40,490 nt of DNA from Candidatus Marsarchaeota archaeon (GTDB lineage: Archaea > Micrarchaeota > Micrarchaeia > Micrarchaeales > Micrarchaeaceae): NCBI GenBank assembly GCA_023473395.1, contig JAMCYO010000021.1, forward strand, positions 1 through 40,490. Reading direction: 5' to 3'. The notes below the pieces were generated by a model. The model had not been told where the DNA came from and did not search any database. It saw nothing but the letters and a program-made list of their open reading frames with translations. Position numbers and translations under genes: made by a program. Of the stretch, positions 31,181 to 39,417 are shown piece after piece; position 1 is the first letter of the stretch, and the number at the start of each line of letters is the position of its first letter.

Positions 31181-33721
31181 TTGCATGCAGTGTCAATAAG
31201 TAATTTTTATTGGAAATACCCAAATTTCACCAGCGTGAAAAGCGACTATGCCCTAAAAGGCATAACATTGGATATAAACGAGGGCGAATTTTTCGGCATT
31301 ACAGGCCCTAGCGGCTCGGGCAAGAGCACATTATGCTATGCCATAGCAGGTTTAATCCCGCATCAGCTCAAATTGCCGCTAAATTTTGAGGACAATATAA
31401 GCGGCTCAATAAAAGTTTTTGGAGAAGAGGTAACCTCGGTATTGAAAGAGAACGGAAAGCTTAAGATATCGGGCAAGGGCTCCATGGCCCCGCTTGTGGG
31501 CTTAGTGATGCAGGACCCGGAAAGCCAGTTCCTTAGCATGAGCGTAATTAACGAAATGTCCCTTGGCCTCCAGCTCATGGGGATCAAAAAGGAGGAAATG
31601 GAATCCAGGATACGCGAAGCTATGGAGATGGTGGGCCTGGGGGAGCTTTATTCGACCGCAAGCAAGATACACCCGTCAGAATTATCCGGGGGGCAAAAGC
31701 AAAGGCTCGTGATAGCAAGCTTTCTTGCGATGAGGCCCAAAGTATTGATATTGGATGAGCCTACTTCGGACTTGGACCCGAAGGGAAAGATGGAGGTAAT
31801 AGAAACCATATCGCGTCTAAAGTCAAAATCCGACATGACTATAATATTGGTGGAGCACAATCCAGAAGTGATGCTGCGCTTTGCGGAAAGGATTGCTGTG
31901 CTGCACGAGGGTACGCTTGTTGCGTGTGCTCCCCCTTCCGAAATCTACTCTGATAAGGCCCTAACCTCAAAATACAACATATACACTCCAGAGGTGGCAG
32001 AGCTTTCCGACTACTTTTCAATAGATGAAAAGCAGAAGGTAAAGATTCCTGATTCGGGTTTCAGGGTAAATAGGGACATGCCGGATCAATCAAACCCTAT
32101 AATAAAGCTAAAGGAAGTGAGCTTTTCGTACGACGATGGGACGAAGGCGTTAGAAGGTATAAACCTGGAAATAGAAAAAGGATCACTGGTTGCTCTAGTG
32201 GGCCAAAACGGCTCCGGAAAGAGCACACTTTCCAAGATAATATCAGGGATACTCAAGCCCAGTTACGGCGAGATGGAAATAGCGGGCATAAGGCCCAGAA
32301 GCAAGAAGGACAGATCCAAGCTTCCGCTGCATGTCAGCTACGTCTTCCAGAACCCGGACCATCAGATATTCACGCGCAGCGTAACCGACGAAATAAGCTA
32401 CTCGCTGAAGAATGCCGGGATAACCGGAGCCGCGGCCGCAGAACGTATAAGCTCCATACTAGAACGCGTTGGCCTTTCCGACAAGGCGTCCGAAGATCCA
32501 GTATTTTTGGGTCGCGGGCAGAAAAGAAGGCTCGCGGTGGCGAGCAGCATAGTTATAAAGCCCGAGATACTGATAGTTGACGAACCTACAACAGGCCAGG
32601 ACTACCGTATGTCCATAGAAATAATGGACCTGATAAAAGGGCTAAATGCCAATGGCGTTACCGTCTTATTGATAACCCACGATATGAGGCTTGTTGCAGA
32701 GTACTGCAGGCGCGTAGTGGTTATGAACAGGGGTTCGATAGTCTTTGACGGGACCCCCGAAACCCTTTTTATGGACGAAAATCTTCTCAAGCTTTCTTCA
32801 TTGTCGGAACCACAGTCCGTAAGGCTTTCCAAGGGGCTTATGCATACGGGGGCATTGAAGGAACCGCTCATAAGCGCTCGGGAGTGGCTTGAGTTTTTCG
32901 ACTTCTTGAAATCCAAGACGAAAATAGAATTCAGGTCCATTGAAGACGTAGAAAAGGCCGCTTCAAAAATAGCCGCTGCCGCATCGAAACGCGGTGCCGT
33001 GGAAAGCCTGATATACATAGAACGTGGAGGCATGGTCCTCGGTTCGGCAATTGCAAAGGTTTTAAAGTGCGATTCGTATGCGATATCCGCAAGCCATTAC
33101 AATTCAATAGGGGCCCAGACAAAGGAGGTAAATGTCAGGGGTATTGATTCATTGAACATAAGGGGAAACGGTTACATATTGGTTGTCGACGAGCTGGTTG
33201 ACACCGGAAAGACGATGAAAGAAACATTGTCGCTTCTTTTGGAGCGTTTTCCAAAGACAAGGTTTCTCACGTGCGCAATGATAACAAAACCGCATTCCAT
33301 AATGAAGCCTGACATAACGGTAGAAGAGGTTCCTGACGACACTTGGGTCGTTTTCGATTACGAGAGAAAGGAGGCGACGGAAGAATTCAGGAAGGGCAAC
33401 CCAGAGTTGCAGGAAGTGCTTAAAGGGTGCCTTTCAAGCCACGCATTCGGCTACTCTCCAGCGATCGAAAAGATCGAAAAGGCCGCCGCTTCGGCAAAAA
33501 CCAAGCCCGAGGCAATATTCTATCAGAATCCTGAGACGGCGTTGTTTGCAAGGCTAGCCTCTGACTCCCTCGGCATAAAAAGGCTAGTTCCCGTAAGCAA
33601 AGTACAACCATTCCAGGACAAAACAAAATATGCTTCGGCTCTCATAATCGGTTCGCAACAATTTGCCGAAGAAATAAAAACATCTACAAACGCAAAGGAA
33701 AAGATATTCGTTCAATTCTAA
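31181..33721 (+). CDS. fused ECF ATPase (A-A') plus C-terminal type I phosphoribosyltransferase and a degenerate second PRT-like segment
   Basis: Two ABC domains (GPSGSGKS/QDP/LSGGQ/LDEPT and GQNGSGKS/QNP/LGRGQ/VDEPT), followed in frame by IERGG, VVDELVDTGKT and WVVFDYE. TTG start with AGGTG SD. Confidence 0.9.
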   Translation: MHAVSISNFYWKYPNFTSVKSDYALKGITLDINEGEFFGITGPSGSGKSTLCYAIAGLIPHQLKLPLNFEDNISGSIKVFGEEVTSVLKENGKLKISGKGSMAPLVGLVMQDPESQFLSMSVINEMSLGLQLMGIKKEEMESRIREAMEMVGLGELYSTASKIHPSELSGGQKQRLVIASFLAMRPKVLILDEPTSDLDPKGKMEVIETISRLKSKSDMTIILVEHNPEVMLRFAERIAVLHEGTLVACAPPSEIYSDKALTSKYNIYTPEVAELSDYFSIDEKQKVKIPDSGFRVNRDMPDQSNPIIKLKEVSFSYDDGTKALEGINLEIEKGSLVALVGQNGSGKSTLSKIISGILKPSYGEMEIAGIRPRSKKDRSKLPLHVSYVFQNPDHQIFTRSVTDEISYSLKNAGITGAAAAERISSILERVGLSDKASEDPVFLGRGQKRRLAVASSIVIKPEILIVDEPTTGQDYRMSIEIMDLIKGLNANGVTVLLITHDMRLVAEYCRRVVVMNRGSIVFDGTPETLFMDENLLKLSSLSEPQSVRLSKGLMHTGALKEPLISAREWLEFFDFLKSKTKIEFRSIEDVEKAASKIAAAASKRGAVESLIYIERGGMVLGSAIAKVLKCDSYAISASHYNSIGAQTKEVNVRGIDSLNIRGNGYILVVDELVDTGKTMKETLSLLLERFPKTRFLTCAMITKPHSIMKPDITVEEVPDDTWVVFDYERKEATEEFRKGNPELQEVLKGCLSSHAFGYSPAIEKIEKAAASAKTKPEAIFYQNPETALFARLASDSLGIKRLVPVSKVQPFQDKTKYASALIIGSQQFAEEIKTSTNAKEKIFVQF

Positions 33722-33725
33722 ATGC

Positions 33726-34319
33726 CTAATCACGCATGAAGCAGTTCCTGCATCTGGGCTGGTAAGCTTCCTTGCCACCTATCACTATGCGTGGCCCCGA
33801 TTCTTCTACGCCGTCTATCATCCTCTGGGAGAAAACCGCCTCTTCACCACATTTCGTGCATACCGCAGTGAGCGAATGTATCTCATCAGCATACGCCAGA
33901 AGGCTTTCAGATATCCCGAAAGGTCTGCCCTTGTAATCCTTGTTCAACGTTGAAACATAAACAATCCTTTTCGAGCTGGCGATTTTGTCGAGAACCTCCT
34001 CAAGACCGGAGTTCTCGTCCCAGAACTGCGCCTCGTCCACGCCTATGACATTGTAGTCGGAGGCTGCCTTTTCCAGAGCCTTTACGCCGGCAGCGTTTGT
34101 CCTAACCACTGTTGCGTCAAGTTCTATTCCCTTGTGCGTCTTAACTGTGGCCTCTCCATACCTTTTGTCTATCTCTGGCTTGAAAAGCACAACCTTTCTC
34201 CCAGCAAAACGCTCCCTTTCCAATAATTCTATGAGCCTAGAGGTCTTTCCCGAGAACATCGGACCCGTTATAACTACTAGTTTGCCTATGTTTAAAGCTT
34301 TCTTCGTGAAATACACCAA
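33726..34319 (-). CDS. tdk: thymidine kinase (type II)
   Basis: GPMFSGKT, VDEAQF, AVCTKCG and YQPRCRNC motifs. Confidence 0.95.
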   Translation of the reverse strand: MVYFTKKALNIGKLVVITGPMFSGKTSRLIELLERERFAGRKVVLFKPEIDKRYGEATVKTHKGIELDATVVRTNAAGVKALEKAASDYNVIGVDEAQFWDENSGLEEVLDKIASSKRIVYVSTLNKDYKGRPFGISESLLAYADEIHSLTAVCTKCGEEAVFSQRMIDGVEESGPRIVIGGKEAYQPRCRNCFMRD

Positions 34320-34325
34320 ATCGGG

Positions 34326-34496
34326 TTATCTGTTTTTCGGAACGAGCCTAAACTCATATCCTTTCATGAGTTCGTGCGCCTTCTCAAATTTCTCTTCCAT
34401 CTCAGGCGCCATTTTTTTACCCATGCTTCTCTCCATCTTTTCCGCAATTCCCCTGTGGTGCTTTATGTGCGCATCAATCGTTTCCTGATAAGACAT
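34326..34496 (-). CDS. small hypothetical protein (56 aa)
   Basis: MSYQETIDAHIKHH...; GTGGT SD and an upstream TTTATAT box. Ends 6 nt before tdk. Confidence 0.6.
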   Translation of the reverse strand: MSYQETIDAHIKHHRGIAEKMERSMGKKMAPEMEEKFEKAHELMKGYEFRLVPKNR

Positions 34497-34582
34497 AAAA
34501 CCACATTTTGATATTTGCAAATATAAATTAATAAAGCAACCGGCAATGTAACTGTTAAATCCTTTTGGTGGAAAATACAATC

Positions 34583-35599
34583 ATGCATGAACCAATAATA
34601 AAGCCACCTCGGCTCAGGAAAGGCGGCACGATAAGGATAATAGCCCCCTCGAGCGCTGCCACTTCCACCAGCTCGCTTCCCAAGGCGGTGAAATTCCTTG
34701 AAAAGCAGGGCTTTAAGGTAAGCCTGGCTACAAGCATGATACGCGAATCGCCTACAAGGTATCTCACTGCCGGTGACGCCACAAGGAAGAATGAGATAGA
34801 GAACGCTTTCAGGAGCGACAAGTACGACGCTGTGATGGTGTTGCAGGGTGGGGCCGGTTCAATAGACATACTTAACAACATTGACTACGACGTGATAAAG
34901 GACCACCCGAAAGTCTTCATAGGGTATAGCGACATAACGCTCCTTCAGCTAGCATTCATGAGGATAACGCACATGGCGTCATTCCAGGGTCCGATGCTCG
35001 TCGACTTGACTGAAGAAGACGGTTCGGCTTTGGAGACGAACTGGAACAACCTCATCAATATAATAAACAAGGGCGAAGAGGTCGTCATAAGAAACCCCAC
35101 CGAGAGCGGCTGGGCCAAATCGATAAACGACGGGAAGGCCAAGGGGCAGCTGATGGGCGGAAACCTTACTGTTTTTTCGCTTGTGCTCGGAACCAAATAT
35201 ATACCGGATTCCAGGGGAAAGATACTGTTTTTCGAAGACGTCAATGTGGAGCCTTGGATGCTGGACAACCTTTTGGCATCGCTAGTCATGAAAGGCGTAT
35301 TCAAGAAGGCGAACGGCATAGTTTTCGGCCAGCTTCCCAACTACAGCCTGGAGAACATAAGCGATTCACAAACTGCAACTTCATATCTGGTCAAGCACCT
35401 TTTCATAGAAGATTACATAAATGCGACGATGCACAGCACTCTGCAAGACTTGCTTACCAATAAGATAGCCAGGAAGCCCTCTTTCATAGAATTCGCTTGT
35501 TGCCATGGGAAATACATAACAACCCTGCCCATGGGGATAAAAGTGCTTTTGGATGCCGAACAAACCACGCTTACAATGCTCGAGCCTGGCGTGGAATAA
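34583..35599 (+). CDS. peptidase S66 (LD-carboxypeptidase/MccF family)
   Basis: IIAPSS, GYSDIT (Ser), GGNL, FEDV (Glu) and CHG (His) triad motifs. Confidence 0.92.
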   Translation: MHEPIIKPPRLRKGGTIRIIAPSSAATSTSSLPKAVKFLEKQGFKVSLATSMIRESPTRYLTAGDATRKNEIENAFRSDKYDAVMVLQGGAGSIDILNNIDYDVIKDHPKVFIGYSDITLLQLAFMRITHMASFQGPMLVDLTEEDGSALETNWNNLINIINKGEEVVIRNPTESGWAKSINDGKAKGQLMGGNLTVFSLVLGTKYIPDSRGKILFFEDVNVEPWMLDNLLASLVMKGVFKKANGIVFGQLPNYSLENISDSQTATSYLVKHLFIEDYINATMHSTLQDLLTNKIARKPSFIEFACCHGKYITTLPMGIKVLLDAEQTTLTMLEPGVE

Positions 35600-35602
35600 T
35601 AA

Positions 35603-35667
35603 GCAAGACAGCGCCTGCGCATAGCGCAGGCGCGTCCTCTGGGGTTTGCCGGTTTTACCCGGCAATC
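35603..35667 (-). ncRNA. candidate antisense small RNA with two hairpins
   Basis: Minus-strand TTTAAA box at 35687-35692. Hairpin TTGCCGG-GTAAAA-CCGGCAA (35646-35665) and a perfect 10-bp hairpin (35611-35633). Complementary to 35834-35868. Confidence 0.55.
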
Positions 35668-35745
35668 ATATTACGCGCTAAAACTATTTAAATCTTATTA
35701 CTAAAATACAACTTTTTTTATAAAAGTAAAATACTTGTAGTAAAG

Positions 35746-35869
35746 TATAAATAACTTTCCAGCGTAAACGGTCTGGACAGTGCGCAAGCCATGCACAATA
35801 CAAATATGGCAGACAGCTTTTTCTGGGGTTTTACCTGTGCGTAGCCAAAGGCGCGTCCGAGGGGTTTGA
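35746..35869 (+). promoter_or_regulatory. TATA box and ~95-nt structured leader of the ORF at 35870
   Basis: TATAAATA at 35746-35753 and GAGGGG SD at 35859-35864. The leader is an imperfect direct repeat of the candidate sRNA locus. Confidence 0.5.
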
Positions 35870-36178
35870 ATGGAAAGAGACAAAAATGGAGAGCGCGAGC
35901 CGGAAAATAAAAAACTGAAGGAAGAGTTCATGTACGAAGAAGAGGTAAGAAAAGCGATAGAAAACCTTCTTGAATGCAAGTGCAGGTATGTAGGTATAAA
36001 CATGGAAGAGTTCGATACCGCAACGGCCTCGGAACTGACAAGAATGGTCTCAATAGTAACCGGAGAGGATGCGACTGCAAGGCTTTCTAGAAAAGCAAAA
36101 GGCGCGCCAATTCTCTTCAAGCACAAATCTATACTGACTCCAAACGGCTTCAGACTTTTGGATTTTGAGCCCGTGTGA
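35870..36178 (+). CDS. hypothetical protein (102 aa)
   Basis: Strong SD and genome-typical codon use. No recognisable family. Confidence 0.7.
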   Translation: MERDKNGEREPENKKLKEEFMYEEEVRKAIENLLECKCRYVGINMEEFDTATASELTRMVSIVTGEDATARLSRKAKGAPILFKHKSILTPNGFRLLDFEPV

Positions 36179-36179
36179 C

Positions 36180-36416
36180 TCAAATTCCTTTTTTATTTTT
36201 TTGGTCCCGCGCCTCCCTCTTTCTGATTATCGATTCCCTGAGCTTGTCTATGCTTTTGTTGAATGCAATTATTGCAATCCCAACGCCAATCACGAAAATA
36301 CACACTCCCAACATTCCATAATCCATGACGCCATGCCTGAGCAGTTCAAGCCATGCGCCCCCTGAAACTACCCCAGAGCCTATCCAGCCAATCCCTGCCT
36401 TTATTATCCCGTTCAA
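36180..36416 (-). CDS. small membrane protein (78 aa)
   Basis: Gly-rich hydrophobic N-terminus, a TM segment and a basic tail. TTG start with GAGG SD. Confidence 0.6.
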   Translation of the reverse strand: MNGIIKAGIGWIGSGVVSGGAWLELLRHGVMDYGMLGVCIFVIGVGIAIIAFNKSIDKLRESIIRKREARDQKNKKGI

Positions 36417-36549
36417 GCGTATTCCTCAAAATCCCATCAATAACAAGCTTAAAAGGCATAAGAAAGTTATAAATATTTCCAAAACAGCAATTTATCTCTA
36501 TATTTCAAGTTTAAATCAAGCTTGCTTTCCGCAAATCAAGGTAATTCAA

Positions 36550-36894
36550 ATGAATAGCACGGGATTTCAAGAATATTTACGTGACGGCATACCGAAAATA
36601 GAGTATACGCTGAGGATAAAACCAGAAGATTATAGCTTTGCGACCGCAATTATAGAATCAAGGCTTAAGGAGTCTCCGATAGGCTTAGGCATAAAATATT
36701 CGTTCTCGATAGAAAAAGGCAGCGATAGCGGCGAATTCAGGCTGTATTCGACGTTCTTGCATCCGGATGATGAAACTAAAATGGCAATATCGAAGGCAAT
36801 ACGCGGACTAGGGGATGAGATATTGGAATATACTAATAATCTGAAAAGCCACCTATTAAGAAGCAAGCATAATTACGATTTTGCTCCTTTCTAA
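36550..36894 (+). CDS. hypothetical protein (114 aa)
   Basis: ATG at 36550 with AAGGT SD and an upstream TTTAAA box. The longer ORF from 36325 overlaps the opposite-strand gene. Confidence 0.6.
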   Translation: MNSTGFQEYLRDGIPKIEYTLRIKPEDYSFATAIIESRLKESPIGLGIKYSFSIEKGSDSGEFRLYSTFLHPDDETKMAISKAIRGLGDEILEYTNNLKSHLLRSKHNYDFAPF

Positions 36895-36932
36895 CTACAA
36901 AAAGTAATTTATATCTTTTATAGTCTTTTTTT

Positions 36933-37373
36933 ATGATGCAAATTACAATAAAAGGCTTCAAGAACGGCGAGCGCATTCCGGATCAATATACGTGCAAGGG
37001 TATCGATTTACAGCCCACTGTGGAAATCGAAGATGTGCCTGAAGGGACAAAAAGTGTGGTCCTAATAATGGATGATCCAGATGCCCCACATGGGACCTTT
37101 ACGCATTGGATAGCTTATAATATACCACCCGATATCCACTCTATCGAGCATTCAAGGCACTCAGAAATAAGCTTCGGCATAAACGATTTTGGCAACGAAG
37201 GCTACAATGGCCCGTGCCCTCCACATGGAAAGTCACATAGATATTATTTCAGGGCCTATGCAACTACAATAGAACACATGCAGAAATCTCTCCACGCAAA
37301 ACCTGTGATTGACAAGCTAAAAAATTCTGTGATAGAGACTGCAGAATATATGGGTACGTATTCAAACGACTGA
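36933..37373 (+). CDS. YbhB/YbcL (PEBP family) protein
   Basis: MDDPDAP, FTHW, NDFG, GPCPP and HRYYF motifs. Confidence 0.93.
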   Translation: MMQITIKGFKNGERIPDQYTCKGIDLQPTVEIEDVPEGTKSVVLIMDDPDAPHGTFTHWIAYNIPPDIHSIEHSRHSEISFGINDFGNEGYNGPCPPHGKSHRYYFRAYATTIEHMQKSLHAKPVIDKLKNSVIETAEYMGTYSND

Positions 37374-37400
37374 GAGCAGGGAATACGATACCAAGCAAGG

Positions 37401-37601
37401 TCAATATTTATCCTCGCAATCCTCGTAGGACCTTCGGGGCACCACTTCAGGTTCTGACGAATTGTCGTATGCACTGTTGGATTCGCTACTATTGCTTTCT
37501 GCAGACCTTAGCAACCCAGTACTCAAATCATAATCGCCGCTCTTGCTGGCGCTCTGCGTAACCTCTGGCTCATCTGGGGTGCTTTTCTTCGCCTTATTCA
37601 T
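37401..37601 (-). CDS. small acidic Ser-rich hypothetical protein
   Basis: 66-aa ORF with GTGGT SD and an upstream AATAAATA box. Low complexity. Confidence 0.45.
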   Translation of the reverse strand: MNKAKKSTPDEPEVTQSASKSGDYDLSTGLLRSAESNSSESNSAYDNSSEPEVVPRRSYEDCEDKY

Positions 37602-37716
37602 AAAACCACAAACAATTCGCAGCTGTTCAAATATTTATTTATTTGTTGGAGGCGATAGGCCCAACAACAGGGTTAAATATTCCATTTATTTATACGTATT
37701 AAATATGAGGGATTAG

Positions 37717-38250
37717 ATGAGCAAGCAAAACATAGACTGGTTCATAGATACTTATAAAAATTCTCTAAGGGACGTTACGTTATGCTACCTAATAAAAAAA
37801 GAGAGCAATGAAGTCTTAATCGCTATGAAAAAGCGCGGCTTTGGCGTGGGGAAATATAACGGTGTTGGAGGCAAGCTGGAAAAAGGCGAAACCGTGGAGC
37901 AGGCGATGTTAAGGGAAACATACGAAGAGATAGGGGTAAGGCCGCAGTCGTATGAAAAAGTTGCAGAAATAGCATTCTATTTCGGAGGTACAAAACCAAA
38001 TCCCGACTTCAATCAAAGGGTGCATGTTTTTATCTCGGATTCGTGGGAAGGCAATCCATCTGAAAGCGAAGAAATGAAACCAGAATGGGTAAAAACAAAC
38101 AACATCCCATTGGATCTCATGTGGGCCGACGACAAGTACTGGCTTCCGGAGGTGCTAAAGGGGAAGCACATAGAGGCATCATTCCTTTTTGGGGACGACA
38201 ACAAAGTAGCAGACATGAAAATAAGCTATAAGAAATCCAACAACAAATAA
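37717..38250 (+). CDS. Nudix hydrolase, MTH1-like 8-oxo-dGTP diphosphatase
   Basis: KKRGFG, Nudix box GGKLEKGETVEQAMLRETYEEIG, SEEMKPEW and MWADD. Confidence 0.9.
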   Translation: MSKQNIDWFIDTYKNSLRDVTLCYLIKKESNEVLIAMKKRGFGVGKYNGVGGKLEKGETVEQAMLRETYEEIGVRPQSYEKVAEIAFYFGGTKPNPDFNQRVHVFISDSWEGNPSESEEMKPEWVKTNNIPLDLMWADDKYWLPEVLKGKHIEASFLFGDDNKVADMKISYKKSNNK

Positions 38251-38267
38251 ATATACGATATTCTAAA

Positions 38268-39290
38268 ATGCTTTCTATGGCCGACAAAAAATTGGTTCTT
38301 GGGCAACAGGGGCTGGAGACCCTATACAAAGCAGAATACGCTAAGGAAAGTTCAGAACTCGTGGACAAACTGTCAGCGGTAATGTTGCACTACCTTCTTA
38401 GAAAAAAGACCCCAAAGTCCATTGAGGCGGCCCACGAACTAAACGAAGCGTCAAAGTACCATAAGAAAGCCTACGAATGCATAGAAAACCTAGTTTATGC
38501 AACTGGCACAATGATGGACGAAGCCCTTGCGTTAGACTACATATACGAAAAACTTGGCATAAAGGGAAGCAGGAATTCCATAAGTTTCGATGGAGACCAA
38601 GCGTTGAAAATTCTGGAAGACGACTATTCCGAATATACTGCCCCAATATCGAAAATGCTTTTTGGGGTAACAAGGGCGGCGTACGCCAAAATGGATGATA
38701 ATGAGATAACGGTGGCTTCAAAGAAGATAATAAGCACCCTCAAAAAAGAATCCAGCATGAAAGGGTTTTACAACCAAGCCTTGGCAATGCTGAAAGCCGT
38801 AAAAAAAATCAATGCAAAGACGGAGGAATTCATACTTAAGTACAACTATTTTACCAATGGACTTAACGGTGGCGACCTAAAGTCGATATTGTCAAAGGTA
38901 ATAGGAATGCCCAACGAGCCGTTGATACGCGCAGCTACGAAGATAATGGGGGAGCATCTGAAAAACGACCCTATCCCCTCATGGCCCTCAATAACTATAG
39001 AGAAATCTGAAATGGGCAAGCTAATCGGCTTCATGATGAAATTCGAGGAAAGGATGAGTTATTATTCATTTATATACGTAAACCCGGACAATATGAATCT
39101 CTTTGAAAAATTTGAGGAGCGCATAAGGGAATTTATAAATGACCCCGTATTTGGGGCTATCGGAACCGGAAAAGGGAAGCTCTCGCTTATTGTATACAGG
39201 GACTTCGGAGTGTTCTTGTTGGGCAGCGACGGCATATATGAACACGACTTACCTAGCGTCAAGGAGGCAATACGCAGGCTTTTCCAATGA
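38268..39290 (+). CDS. hypothetical protein (340 aa)
   Basis: Long ORF with genome-typical codon use. No motif recognised. Confidence 0.75.
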   Translation: MLSMADKKLVLGQQGLETLYKAEYAKESSELVDKLSAVMLHYLLRKKTPKSIEAAHELNEASKYHKKAYECIENLVYATGTMMDEALALDYIYEKLGIKGSRNSISFDGDQALKILEDDYSEYTAPISKMLFGVTRAAYAKMDDNEITVASKKIISTLKKESSMKGFYNQALAMLKAVKKINAKTEEFILKYNYFTNGLNGGDLKSILSKVIGMPNEPLIRAATKIMGEHLKNDPIPSWPSITIEKSEMGKLIGFMMKFEERMSYYSFIYVNPDNMNLFEKFEERIREFINDPVFGAIGTGKGKLSLIVYRDFGVFLLGSDGIYEHDLPSVKEAIRRLFQ

Positions 39291-39417
39291 TTGTCTAAAA
39301 ATATGATGGAAAAGACAACGATTAAAAAAGCTTCCAGCCAAAACAAAATGGGGATATGGAGGAGCATGGCAGTACTGCAAATATGGTGCTTAGCCATGGC
39401 TCTAATCTGGTGAGTTT

